The translations under genes were made by a program, and so were the position numbers. From the NCBI GenBank assembly GCA_965215885.1, contig CBDCEW010000085.1, forward strand, positions 15,741 through 79,740: a stretch of DNA of 64,000 nucleotides. Direction: 5' to 3'. The notes under the pieces are model-generated. The model was given only the letters and a program-made list of their open reading frames with translations. It had not been told where the DNA came from and searched no databases. Of this stretch, positions 29,318 to 40,306 are shown piece after piece. Numbering within the stretch: the stretch's first letter is position 1; the number at the start of each line of letters is the position of its first letter. Origin of the DNA: Candidatus Moanibacter sp. Lineage in GTDB: Bacteria > Verrucomicrobiota > Verrucomicrobiia > Opitutales > UBA2987.

Positions 29318-32137
29318 CTAAAACGTCCTCTTCAGTGAAACCGTAACCGTTCTTCCGTACGGATTATAGGCGCCGAGATTAGTATCGTAGCCTTCCTCCT
29401 CCGTCACATTGGCGGGAGGATCGCGGTCGGTCAGATTCTTGATGCCGAATATTACCTCGGTATCAAAAAGGCCAGCATAGGTCAGCTGCAGGTCGAAAAC
29501 GGTATGACTGTTCACCCTGGGCACCCCGACAAATTCAGTCTTATACCCGGAGGTATAACGCGACACCAGGGCAAGGCGAAGATTACGGTTGCTGCTGGAC
29601 CATCGAAACGTGCTGTAGGCTTGATATCGAGGGAGACCGATAAACCCGACGAGATTGAAACCCCCCGTAACGTAACGATCGACGTATACGGAATAATGTC
29701 GAATCCAGAAATCCCCAAACGTCTCCGTCTTGAAGCGGTAAAATATCTCGAAATCCAGCCCCTCCAGTGTGACCCCTTCAAAATTCCTGAATTCACTCAC
29801 AACATAATCGATCTTTCCGGGAATAATAAATGTGATCTGCGGTGTTTCCGGACGCACCCAGGGCCCATTCGGGTCGCGAAACACACCCGTCATCGCTCCC
29901 CGGGTCTCACGGTCCAAGAGGAAAAGGTAGTTGACTGGATCCTCAAAGTAGAAGTCCTCTTCCGCTGACAATAGTGAAGGGATAGACCGCGTCGCGATCA
30001 CATTGTCGATTTCCAGCCGCCAGACGTCGAACCCGATTGCCAGATCCTCCAGGAACTTGGGACTGTAGACTATTCCCGCGTTGAAATACCTGGAGCCTTC
30101 CGGCCTGAGGTCCGGATTTCCCTGACGGCGTACTTCGCGGGATCGAAAATCGTCAAAGGGCCAGGGCGTCCCCTCATCGAAGACACCGAATGTAAAGTTT
30201 GTGCGGAGAAAATCTCGCTCCTGCACGAAGCCGCGGGTGATGCCGCCGAAGGCCTGTTCGAGAGACGGTGCTCGAAACGCTTCGGAGTAGGACGCGCGCA
30301 GCAGCACACTGGGAAACGGGCGCATTTTTATTCCTACCTTGGGATTTACGGTGTCGCCAAAATCGCTGTATTCCTCCCAGCGCGCCGCGAAATGGCCTTC
30401 GAGGAACTTGTGAAGGGGAATAATCATCTCTCCATAAAGGCCATATACGTTGCGGCTGCCTTCCGCCGACGTCCCTCCCGATCCGAATAATAGGAAATTC
30501 CCAGCCAATTCCGACTGCAATCGATTCATTGATTCATCGCGAAACTCTACACCGAAATGACCGATCGCAGGGCCGGCCGGCAGACTGAACAACTCCTTGC
30601 TCATCCCGGCATTGATCTGAAAGAATTCACGATTGCCCGAACGCACATCGTCGGTCGTGATCCGGTTGTAAATGGCGGCGTTATTGTCCTCACCGGGAGC
30701 CGAGGCGAAGGGATTCAAGGCATCCGCTCCAGTGGCATTGAGAGCTTCTTGAAAGAGATCGACCCGGATGAGGTTTTTCGTGACCTCCTTTACCACACTT
30801 TTTCCGTAGAGTAAAGATAGCTCCCATTGGGCTCCACCCCATTCCCCCTTCAGTCCCGCCACTAGTCGAATCAGCTCCGAATCGGTCTCATTCTTTCGTG
30901 GGCCCGGATCGAGCGGCCGCAACAGGGAGTCCGTAATGTCCAGTCCACCGGGGGGGACAAGCGGGCCACTGAAGAAGTTGTCGAATGAAGGGGTAGGATT
31001 GAACGGATTGGACGCGGGGATAATGTAACCGCGGTTCAGTGGAGCAGAGGCCAGCTGGTAGTTCGCGGCGTTGTCCTGGTAACTGAATTCCCCGAAAAAT
31101 TCCAGTGAGTTGTTGATTTCGTAGCTTCCTAAAAAGCTAATCCCGTAGCGTTCCGCTCCACTCACCAGGGTGGCCTCGGTGTTATAGTTGAACCGCTCAA
31201 AACCTTCCATATCTTCCGTAGAACCGTCCCCAAAAAAAACGAATAAGTGATTCTCAAGCCGGGTGAAATCAGCCGGATTTCGTCGCAACCCGAGAAACTC
31301 AAAAAACCCGGGATAGCTGTCCCACCCCAGAAGGTTAAACCCGCCTTTATCCGACTGATCCGGACTGGCCGAGAAGGACCGGTCGCGCCGCATCAAAGGA
31401 TCTCTCTGATAGTAGTTCACGTGTATTATGATGCTCGACCGCTCAGTTGTCTTGCCCCAGGTAACGTCTGTTCCCCAGATTGCGACATCATCTTCCCGTG
31501 TCGTACCTTCATAATAGACCCTTATCTCCCCTTCTTCGTAATCCTTTCGTAAGATGAAGTTAATCACCCCGGAGAGCGCATCGGACCCGTATATGGCCGA
31601 CCCTCCATCTTTCAGAATCTCGATCCTTTCAATCGCGCCCACCGGGATTGCGTTCAAATCGACGAAGTTTTCTCCTCGCGCCGTCGAAAAAGCGTAGGGC
31701 ACCATACGGCGACCGTTCAACAGCACCAAAGTCCCTGCTACCCCGGTTCCCCTCAGATTCGCCTGCGCCCCATCTCCCGCAAAGGAACCGATCTGCCCTG
31801 ATTCCGACGCTCCTGAAGTAATCGGCAACTGCCCGATCAACTCCGAGAGCTGAGTGACTCCACTCTCTTCGATCTGCCGCCGATCCAGGGCGATTATCGG
31901 CACCTCGTTTTCGAGATCGATCTCCTTGATTCGCGTCCCCGTCACAACAAATCGCTCAAATTCTTCGAGCTCATCCTCCTTGTCCTCCACCTCGACCTTC
32001 TCTTCGGCCGTCGGGGCCTGCTTCTCCCTCTCCTCATCCGCCCCGGCAATCGGGATGGCCAATGCCCACACCCAAAAAGACAGGGGCATCCATCGGTGCG
32101 GCAGCAGGGCGATTCTTCGATACACGCGTCGGGACAT
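29318..32137 (-). CDS. TonB-dependent receptor
   Basis: TonB box VVTGTRI, plug TLVLLNGRR, IERIEILKDGGSAIYGSDA, C-terminal Phe. Confidence 0.94.
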   Translation of the reverse strand: MSRRVYRRIALLPHRWMPLSFWVWALAIPIAGADEEREKQAPTAEEKVEVEDKEDELEEFERFVVTGTRIKEIDLENEVPIIALDRRQIEESGVTQLSELIGQLPITSGASESGQIGSFAGDGAQANLRGTGVAGTLVLLNGRRMVPYAFSTARGENFVDLNAIPVGAIERIEILKDGGSAIYGSDALSGVINFILRKDYEEGEIRVYYEGTTREDDVAIWGTDVTWGKTTERSSIIIHVNYYQRDPLMRRDRSFSASPDQSDKGGFNLLGWDSYPGFFEFLGLRRNPADFTRLENHLFVFFGDGSTEDMEGFERFNYNTEATLVSGAERYGISFLGSYEINNSLEFFGEFSYQDNAANYQLASAPLNRGYIIPASNPFNPTPSFDNFFSGPLVPPGGLDITDSLLRPLDPGPRKNETDSELIRLVAGLKGEWGGAQWELSLLYGKSVVKEVTKNLIRVDLFQEALNATGADALNPFASAPGEDNNAAIYNRITTDDVRSGNREFFQINAGMSKELFSLPAGPAIGHFGVEFRDESMNRLQSELAGNFLLFGSGGTSAEGSRNVYGLYGEMIIPLHKFLEGHFAARWEEYSDFGDTVNPKVGIKMRPFPSVLLRASYSEAFRAPSLEQAFGGITRGFVQERDFLRTNFTFGVFDEGTPWPFDDFRSREVRRQGNPDLRPEGSRYFNAGIVYSPKFLEDLAIGFDVWRLEIDNVIATRSIPSLLSAEEDFYFEDPVNYLFLLDRETRGAMTGVFRDPNGPWVRPETPQITFIIPGKIDYVVSEFRNFEGVTLEGLDFEIFYRFKTETFGDFWIRHYSVYVDRYVTGGFNLVGFIGLPRYQAYSTFRWSSSNRNLRLALVSRYTSGYKTEFVGVPRVNSHTVFDLQLTYAGLFDTEVIFGIKNLTDRDPPANVTEEEGYDTNLGAYNPYGRTVTVSLKRTF

Positions 32138-32723
32138 CGGAGTTCGGTATCTTATCCACTCACGCTACAACACCCTTGCCGGCATGACCACTCTAAAATG
32201 TCCCCTAGAAAATTCCGGTGCCTGCGACATTGTCGATTCTCCGATCTCTTATCCGCCCCTGTCACGGCCCATTTCCACCCTTGCCGAACGCTTATGAACC
32301 CAACCGCCCATTTATTAGGGACAGGTAATTTATCTGATTCCGCTCCGGCGGATCTCAAATGCGGAAATTCTCGGCAGATCCCTATTCTATCGCACATTTG
32401 CCAGCTTCACAGTCCCGAATTCTCCACAATCAGCCCCCAGGAATTCCAATGGTAGTCTGCGTTTATGCCCTCTTATTCTTATAAACTACTTATTCATATC
32501 TCCCATCTCAAACTTCTACCATCTGCTAGGTATAAATAGCCTGTCCCTTATTCTGACCCCAGAACATCCAGTGATACACTGCATCAACACCCCTTAAATT
32601 CATAGATTGCTTATTCATAGCTCCTAATTCGATTTTTCGCCTGCGAATCGGTATAGATTGCCTGTCCCTTATTCTGATCTCCGCACTTGCGCTGAGGGCG
32701 GTGAAGTTTACCTTTACTCGGCG

Positions 32724-34913
32724 ATGGAGCTGCACAAGGCGTTAAAACAATACTTCCATTTCGATAGGTTTCGGCCTGGGCAGGAGGAAGTAGCGGCCGC
32801 CATTCTGAGTGGGACTGATGCCATGGTAGTTATGCCGACGGGCGGAGGAAAGTCGCTCTGCTACCAGCTGCCGGCTCTGATGATGGAGGGAGTCGCAGTG
32901 ATTGTCTCTCCACTGATCGCTCTAATGAAAGATCAGGTCGACTCGTTGAGAGAGCAGAAAATAGAGGCCACGTTTATAAACAGTAGCCTAAGCGGGAGAG
33001 AACAGCGCGAGAGGATCGATGCGGTGAGGCAAGGGCGAATCCGGCTGGTCTATATCGCACCGGAACGTTTTCGGCAGGCCCGCTTTGTAGAGGCACTGAA
33101 GAAGGTAACAATTTCATTTTTCGCTGTCGACGAAGCTCATTGCGTCTCGATGTGGGGACACGATTTCCGTCCCGACTATCTTCGGCTCGGTGGCACGTTT
33201 GAAGCGCTGGGTCGCCCCCCGGTGGCAGCCTTTACGGCTACCGCTACTCCGGAAGTGCGGCAGGACATAAGGGACCTCCTCCGCCTCCACGACCCGCGAG
33301 AGTGCGTTACCGGTTTCGCACGCCCGAACCTCGAGTTTCGAGTGACCCAGGTTAGCTCGACCGCTGAGAAATACCTGAGGCTGAGCGAGTTAATCGACGG
33401 AAATCGAACCGGCATAATCTATTGCGCGACCCGAAAGCGCGTCGAGGAGGTCGCGGAGCGTCTGAAAAGCTGGGACATCGCCCATATCGCCTATCACGCC
33501 GGGTTGGATGATGCGGAACGGAAACGTGCCCAGGAGAGATTTCTGCAAAGAAAATCCGACGTGGCCGTGGCCACAAACGCATTCGGGATGGGAATCGACC
33601 GGGCCGACATTCGGTTTCTGGCGCACTTCGAGATGCCGGGCAGTGTTGAAGCCTATTACCAGGAAGGGGGTCGCGCGGGCCGCGATGGAAAACCGGCAGT
33701 CTGCGAACTGCTGTTCAATTACGCGGATAAGCGCGTGCAGGAATTCTTCATCGAAGGCAACAATCCGAGCAAGGCTGTGATCGTGGATGTTTACACTCAT
33801 TTGCGTCGATTGGCTGATAGCCATAGCGAAGTACGGCGGTCGATAAGGGACCTCACGTCAGAGATGAGCTACGGCAATAATTCTCTGCAGGTGAACGCTT
33901 CCCTCACCATCCTGAACCGCATGGGCGTGATCGAGCGCTTCGATATTCCCGGAGAACGAATCCGGGGCACGCGTCTTCGGCAACCCGACTTACAACCCCA
34001 TGCGCTCAATCTCGATGCGGCTGCTCTGGCTGAAAAGGACCAGCGCGATCGCGGCAAACTTCAAGCTATGATCCAATACGGCTACGCCGAACGATGCCGA
34101 CAGGCCTGGATATTGCATTATTTTGGCGAAAGAGACGCACAGCCCTGTGGTTGCTGCGACCGTTGTAACGAGGCGCCTCCGAAAGACTTGCGTGAACCGA
34201 CTAACGATGAAGCGGTTATTTTGCAGAAAGCGCTGAGCGGTGTCGCCCGCGCCTCGTGGCGTGGGGGATCTTCATCAAGATGGCAGGCCCGCTACGGTCT
34301 TAATCGCATTGTCCAGATGTTAGTCGGCAGCCGCAGCCGGAATGTGCTCGATGCCCGTCTCGATACACTCTCCACCTACGGTCTCTTAAAGGAAGAGGGT
34401 CTCCCCTATGTTAAATCCCTCTTTGCCGCAATGGAAAGGGCCGGCCTCGTTCAAGCGACCGACGATCAATACCGCATGATCACCCTTACCTCCCTGGGGG
34501 AGCAGGTGATGAAGGGGCAGTCCACCGTCAAACTCGATTGGCCCGAGCGAAAGGCGCGCCGTCCAAAAAAGCATGCATCACCCGTGGCCGAAACAACCTC
34601 ATCCGAGACCGAAGTCGGTAAAGAACTCTACGAAGCGCTCAAATCAAAGCGCCTCCAACTCGCCAAAGCCCGCGGCAATGTTCCGGCATATACAATTTTT
34701 TCCAACCGCTCCCTGCTCGGATTAGCCTCGATGAAACCGTTGACGGTGGAAGAAGCCATGGCTATCCCAGGAATCGGCAAAGTAAGAGCGCGTACCGTCC
34801 TCCCGGCTTTCCTCAAAATCATCGCCCAACATCGGGTGGATTCCGAGACCAAAGGAGGACGAAATGCTTCCGTCCCGGCGCGCCGGGACTACGCTTGTGA
34901 TCGGGAAATGTAG
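32724..34913 (+). CDS. recQ: ATP-dependent DNA helicase RecQ
   Basis: MPTGGGKSLCYQ, DEAHC, TATAT, ATNAFGMGID, YYQEGGRAGRDG, Zn CGCCDRC, RQC and HRDC domains. Confidence 0.95.
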   Translation: MELHKALKQYFHFDRFRPGQEEVAAAILSGTDAMVVMPTGGGKSLCYQLPALMMEGVAVIVSPLIALMKDQVDSLREQKIEATFINSSLSGREQRERIDAVRQGRIRLVYIAPERFRQARFVEALKKVTISFFAVDEAHCVSMWGHDFRPDYLRLGGTFEALGRPPVAAFTATATPEVRQDIRDLLRLHDPRECVTGFARPNLEFRVTQVSSTAEKYLRLSELIDGNRTGIIYCATRKRVEEVAERLKSWDIAHIAYHAGLDDAERKRAQERFLQRKSDVAVATNAFGMGIDRADIRFLAHFEMPGSVEAYYQEGGRAGRDGKPAVCELLFNYADKRVQEFFIEGNNPSKAVIVDVYTHLRRLADSHSEVRRSIRDLTSEMSYGNNSLQVNASLTILNRMGVIERFDIPGERIRGTRLRQPDLQPHALNLDAAALAEKDQRDRGKLQAMIQYGYAERCRQAWILHYFGERDAQPCGCCDRCNEAPPKDLREPTNDEAVILQKALSGVARASWRGGSSSRWQARYGLNRIVQMLVGSRSRNVLDARLDTLSTYGLLKEEGLPYVKSLFAAMERAGLVQATDDQYRMITLTSLGEQVMKGQSTVKLDWPERKARRPKKHASPVAETTSSETEVGKELYEALKSKRLQLAKARGNVPAYTIFSNRSLLGLASMKPLTVEEAMAIPGIGKVRARTVLPAFLKIIAQHRVDSETKGGRNASVPARRDYACDREM

Positions 34914-35130
34914 CGGAAAGCGGGAGCTTTTCGGCGCCGTTGGATTGAATCCAGAAGATAGTTCCGAAATCCCTGGTAACCTTGTCGCGAACCTCGTCCC
35001 GAACCTTGTCGAGCTACACAAAAGATGGTAGACAAAGGGTAAGATAAACTCGCACCTACGGGCGTGGTTTTCGGTTCTAAGAAGTGTCTGCGAACCGCCC
35101 GGAGACCCTCACCGGCAGTAAAGTCTCAGA

Positions 35131-35343
35131 TCAGGCCCTTTCAGGCAAAGGCTGTCCGACGGCATGGGCAATATCTCTTACGTCCTGTTCGAGCAGTTTC
35201 GTAATTACCGCAACGCGCATGCCGAGATTCTTAAGAGCAATGGCCGTATAATAGGCCGTGCCCCCGGGCATCTCGAATTCACCCTCTGCGGTGCGCACGA
35301 GGTCCTTCGTTACGTGGCCAACCACACAGACATCGAACATCAT
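35131..35343 (-). pseudogene. Truncated PfkB-family carbohydrate kinase (N-terminus only)
   Basis: DVCVVGHVTKD...PGGTAYY.AIAL..LG then an early stop at 70 aa. Confidence 0.7.
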
Positions 35344-35484
35344 CGGTTTCCCACCACATCCTGATCAAGTAGATCACCGCTGACGACAACAATGTTCATC
35401 CCGCGCACCTGTCCTCCGAAGTCCCGGCCCGCTGGGACGAAAGATGGAAGCGCGGTCCTACATGCCTCGCCTTCGCCGTCATAC

Positions 35485-36583
35485 TTACGCTTCGAATATT
35501 GGCTGCTTCGGCGCGAATTTGCGATTCAGTTTCAGATCCCGGGTTTCCAGGGGGAGGGCGACGCGGGCGCCTCCAAGACGGTGGGATTCGATGAAGGCAA
35601 AGATAATCTCGAGGTTGATGCAGGCCACGCGAATCCCCCCCCGGGTAGGACGGCCGCTATCAAGGGCCCGCACGATATCCTCAATCAGCGTCAAGGTCGA
35701 ACTGCGCCTTTCGAATTCGGGAAACGATCCGGGTCGGTAGATGGGATACGGGGCACCTGCGACGCTGTGGCGCTCGTAGACTTCCCATTTCTGACCGTTA
35801 TTGCGGGCCGTGACCGTCCCGGATTCGCAAATGGCCTCAAAATCGACTCGGCGGGCGGTATGGAGAGCGTACCCGCGAACCCCGCCGGGAAATTGAACGA
35901 TGCCTTCCCCGACCGGATCGATCGCGAGATCACCGTCACGATAGAGCTTGTTATCGCCTTCTCTGAGGGTGGCCTGCACCCATTCGGGAGCGACATCGCC
36001 GGCCATCGTGAGCATGAGGTCGAGAGTGTGGCTGGCGGTGTTGAAGAGCGTCCCGTTACCGTAGATGATGAATGATTCGAGAGCGCCGTATTTTCCGCTC
36101 TCGATGAGGGCTTTCAACTCCAAATAACCCACCTCCCAACGCCGGTTGGTTCCCATATTAAAAACTGTTCCATTCCCTTCGATGGCATTGCGCATGGCGT
36201 CGGCTTCTTCCAGGGAAGCCGCCAGCGCCTTCTCAGCGTAGATCGCTTTGACGCCATAGTTCGCGGCGTGGATAACGATTTCGGCCCGTTGTTCGGGCTG
36301 GGTCGCGACGCTAACGATGTCCGGAGACTCTCTTTTTATCATGTCGCGATAGTCGGAATACCGTTTCTCTCCGGGAACATCATATTCCTCACCGAAACGC
36401 ACCATAACCTCTTCACGGACATCGGAACAGGCCACGATCCGGGTGCGCGGGCAGGCCCGGTAACCGGCCGCGTGAGAAAACGGGCGCATAACGGCTGCGA
36501 GGTCTCGGTAGGTGATCTACCTCATTATCGATAAAGGCGCCCATCCGGCTGCAGCCGATGATTGCTGTGCGGTAGGTGATCAT
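35485..36583 (-). pseudogene. Gfo/Idh/MocA oxidoreductase, frameshifted near the 5' end
   Basis: MITYRTAIIGCSRMG in one frame; SHAAGY, PDIVSVAT and AIYAEKAL in another; break near 36510. Confidence 0.8.
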
Positions 36584-36729
36584 GCCAGAGTATCTAATTA
36601 CCGTACCGCACGAAAAGGCGAGCGTTTCCATGATGCGGTGCCTGGATTTACCGTCTCGAAATCGTTCCGGTTCAAACGGGAGTGAGCCGCAGCACTCGAG
36701 TGCTCAGGGTTACGAGCCCTCCTCTATAA

Positions 36730-36892
36730 CGTCCTCGTCCTCGTGCTCGAAACAAGCCAAAACACAAAGTTGATCCTCGATCAAAGTGAATCGGAGAGTG
36801 GCAGGAGTGATTTGTCGGATGGATCGTTCGATAAAGATCGCTCCGAGGACGAGGACGAGAACGATACCTAGTCCGCCAACTTGCAATTTCCC
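36730..36892 (+). repeat. Second copy of the 25785-25962 repeat
   Basis: Visual alignment. Confidence 0.85.
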
Positions 36893-37010
36893 CGGTTGAA
36901 TGGTGCGAAAATCATCACCCTCGAACCCGCTCTGCCGTACGGCAGAGAAGTTTCAGGTTACGACAAAGGGAACGATTGAATTCATTGCTTCAGGTAGCTA
37001 GAAACACTTC

Positions 37011-38012
37011 ATGAAATACACCACTCTGGGTCGAAATACACCACTCTGGGTCGGCCTTCGTGTCTCCCGTCTCTGTCTAGGTACGGTCAATTTCGGGCCC
37101 TACACTACGGAGCAGGACAGCCATGCCATCATGGACAGGGCTCTCGATGCGGGCATTAATTTCTTCGATACCGCGGATGTCTATGGGCATGTCCCCGGCG
37201 AAGGCCTTACTGAAACCATCCTCGGCAGCTGGTTCGCCCAGGGCGGAGGCCGCCGCGAAAAGGTCATCCTCGCAACCAAAGTCTACAATCCCATGAACCG
37301 CGAGGGAGAGGCCGACCCGAATCAGGAGCGCCTCCTCAACGCCCGCAAAATTATCCGGAACTGCGAGGCCAGCCTGCGACGCCTCAAAACCGATACCATC
37401 GATCTCTATCAAATGCACCACGTCGACCGCAACTGCCCGTGGGACGAGATCTGGCAGGCCATGGAACTGCTCGTCCAGCAGGGCAAGGTCATTTATGTCG
37501 GATCGAGCAACTTCGCCGGGTGGGATATCGCCACCGCCTGTCAGACCGCAGCTCGACGTGGATTCCTCGGCCTCGTCAGTGAACAAAGCGTCTACAACCT
37601 CGCCCGGCGGACCGTTGAGCTGGAGGTCGTCCCCGCCTGCCGTCACTACGGCCTCGGTCTCATTCCCTGGAGCCCCCTTGACAACGGCCTCCTCGCAGGA
37701 GCCTCTTTGCAGGAAAAGGGTGGAAGACGCGAAGGTGATGCACAGCAGAAAAAGAGAGAGCGCCACCACGACCAACTGGAGTGTTACGTAACCCTCTGTC
37801 AGGAACTCGGACACTCTCCCGCCAGCGTCGCCCTGGCCTGGCTCCTGCATAACCCCGTATTGACCGCCCCCATCATCGGTCCGCGTTCCATAGACCAACT
37901 CAACGACGTTCTTGATGTACCTGATATCGTCCTCGAGGAGGAGACGCTAAAGAGGCTCGACGAGATCTGGCCCGGCCCCGGAGGCGAGGCCCCCAAAGCC
38001 TACGCATGGTGA
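37011..38012 (+). CDS. Aldo/keto reductase
   Basis: VSRLCLGT, GINFFDTADVYG, ILATK, IDLYQMH, GSSN, WSPL, PIIGP. Confidence 0.94.
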   Translation: MKYTTLGRNTPLWVGLRVSRLCLGTVNFGPYTTEQDSHAIMDRALDAGINFFDTADVYGHVPGEGLTETILGSWFAQGGGRREKVILATKVYNPMNREGEADPNQERLLNARKIIRNCEASLRRLKTDTIDLYQMHHVDRNCPWDEIWQAMELLVQQGKVIYVGSSNFAGWDIATACQTAARRGFLGLVSEQSVYNLARRTVELEVVPACRHYGLGLIPWSPLDNGLLAGASLQEKGGRREGDAQQKKRERHHDQLECYVTLCQELGHSPASVALAWLLHNPVLTAPIIGPRSIDQLNDVLDVPDIVLEEETLKRLDEIWPGPGGEAPKAYAW

Positions 38013-38463
38013 CGTGGTCTTAGGGTCAGGCCTTCGAATTTGATTCCGGTGAAAACCCAGGTTCTTGTCCCGCTGAGCCAATACGCGTTAACTTGGAAGC
38101 GAAGTTAACGCTTCAGGACTTTCTTTTAAGATTTTTCCCACGGTGGGCTTCGCCCCATACCACTGTGCTTGTCAGTGACCCTCGCTACCCTGATCGAATA
38201 AAGACTGGGTTGAGCTTTCGTCCTTCATCTGTCGATCACCGCAAGGAACAGTGGTATGGCTACTGCATCAGTGGGCCAACTCTCTGCGAATCCTCTTCCT
38301 CCCGGGGGCTTCCCCATCGTGTTCCGGTTCAGCTCTTTTGACACAGGCTGGCAAGAACCTCGGGATATTTCACCAGAATCCGGATATACACCTTCTTTTT
38401 GCGACAAAGCAAACTCGGCAAGTGGTAGATTCAGCAACAGCCTTTTTGTTGATTATCCGTTTC

Positions 38464-39000
38464 TCAAGGAAAAGTCTGATTCTTGCTATCAAGCATAGGC
38501 AAATCATCAATCGGTTGAGGCGCTCGCACAACAATATCATCAGCCACTTCGATCACCATACGGTCTTCCCCCACCGTCAAGGGGCCATCATATCCTGCCG
38601 CACGCGTGCGAGCCACAATCTCCTCCGGGATCATCTTAACGGGAAGATCCTTTGCCACGATGTGTGTATAAACGACCATTCTCGGGGCTGTTCGACGGAA
38701 GATTTCCGCTGCTTGCTCCGGGGTGGTAAGTTTTGCCAACACGCCCTTCATTTCAAATCCGTGGTCACGTCCAAGCAGAAACCAGGGAGTAATCCAGAGC
38801 TCGGGAAGGCCTTCGATGTGGTCGTTATGCAAATGGCTTATGAAGAGCTTATCGATCTCCTTCGGATTTATCCTGCTGAGATAGAGATTCTGAGCCGTCC
38901 CCCTTCCAACGTCGAATAGCAAGTGCTGGCCGTTTGCTTCAACGAGCGTTGAAATTCCAAGCCGGTCGGGAAAGAATTCCGGACCGCCCGTTCCAACCAA
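38464..39000 (-). pseudogene. MBL-fold metallo-hydrolase (RNase Z/AtsA-like), 5' truncated with an internal deletion
   Basis: VGTGGP, LFDVGRG, SHLHNDH, then an abrupt jump to the C-terminal TTPEQAAEIF...YTH; no ATG between it and the upstream stop. Confidence 0.7.
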
Positions 39001-39008
39001 GGTAACCT

Positions 39009-39900
39009 TTATGGTGTCATCTCTTTTAGTTTGGCTTGGAGTTTCTTCGCTTCTTGATAATTGGGCGCTTTTTCGAGCACCTCGGCAAGTTCTGCCTCCG
39101 CTTCCTCAATCCGGTTTAAGGCAGCGAGTATTTGCGCGCGCCCGAGTTGATGCAGCAAGGTGAAACGACGCTTCGTTCTCTTCCAATCATCGCATTTTTT
39201 CAGAGTTTTTTCGCGTATGGCCTGAGCTTGATCCATATCACCTTTTGCAGAAAAGATCTCCGCTTGGAGTAATCTCCATTTGATGTCAAAGGAATCGTCC
39301 TTCAAAAATGGCTCAATCCAAGAAAGAGCTTTGTCGTATTTGCCTTGCTGCAAAAAACCCCGAACTCCCGATTCTCGCAATGCCAGGCTTTTTGTTGATG
39401 CCAGACCTTGAACATAGTTTTCTACGGCTTCATCCAGATGGCCCGTTTCTTCCAGCAAGTTCCCTCGCTCCAAAAAAAATCAGCGGTTTGACGCAATTTA
39501 GATGCCTCTCGCTAATCCCTTCTTGCTTCCTCGAGTTTGCCCAAGTCTCGATAGAGAGCCCCTCTCTGAACGTAGACTTCCGATAGTCTTACCCCGAGTT
39601 CTACTGTTTTCGAAAAACTTGCCAGAGCATCTTCATCCCTGCTCATCACTCTCATCGTGAGGCCTTTTTCGAAATGATAAGTTCCATTTTTTGGATTCTT
39701 GACGATGAGTCGGTCTATTTCCTCCAAAGACAATTCCCGGTATCTCTCGCCGTCTGGATGGGATCTACCGATGTGGCGGTAGACGATAGCTCTACGCAGA
39801 AGATACGCTTGATTTTCGGGGTCTTCCTCAAGCCTCTTGTTGATTTGCTCAAGTTGTGCCTCATGACTCAGATCAGCTAGAACGGACTGAGACCACAGAA
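39009..39900 (-). pseudogene. TPR-repeat protein interrupted by a stop and a frameshift
   Basis: TPR-like helices in ORFs 39512-40168 and 39009-39473; TAG at 39512-39514 and a frame change at the A8 run near 39472; 5' end merges into repeat DNA. Confidence 0.65.
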
Positions 39901-40306
39901 AACCGAGCGCAGCAAAGCCGCAACCAAAAGAGCGGAGGGGGAGAAACGGAGACGGGGAGACACGGAGAGAAAGACCTAACGGATTCGATCGGCTCACTGA
40001 AAATAGTGTACTTAGTAAACCTCGTCGCGAACCTTGCCTGCCTCGGCAAAGCGAAGCGACGACGGGTCGACCCCACGACTTTGAGTACCAACATGTTACA
40101 CTCCAAACCGTGTTCAAAAAACTAAGTTCTGACAGATAGTAATACAAAAAAAGCGTCAAGTATCTCATTGCAATTGTCTCCTCTTCGTGGAGGTAGGATC
40201 AAAAGCCTCTTCTTTTAGCCCTATTGTGTTTTTTTTGAGAGCTAATCGATTGTGAGCTTTATGAAGATCAGGTATTAGCTAAAGCCGATTCTCAACAACA
40301 ACCTAA

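Noticed and set aside
34600..34850. RecQ HRDC domain as the DGR accessory factor
   Set aside because: It is the normal C-terminal domain of RecQ and lies far from the DGR relic.
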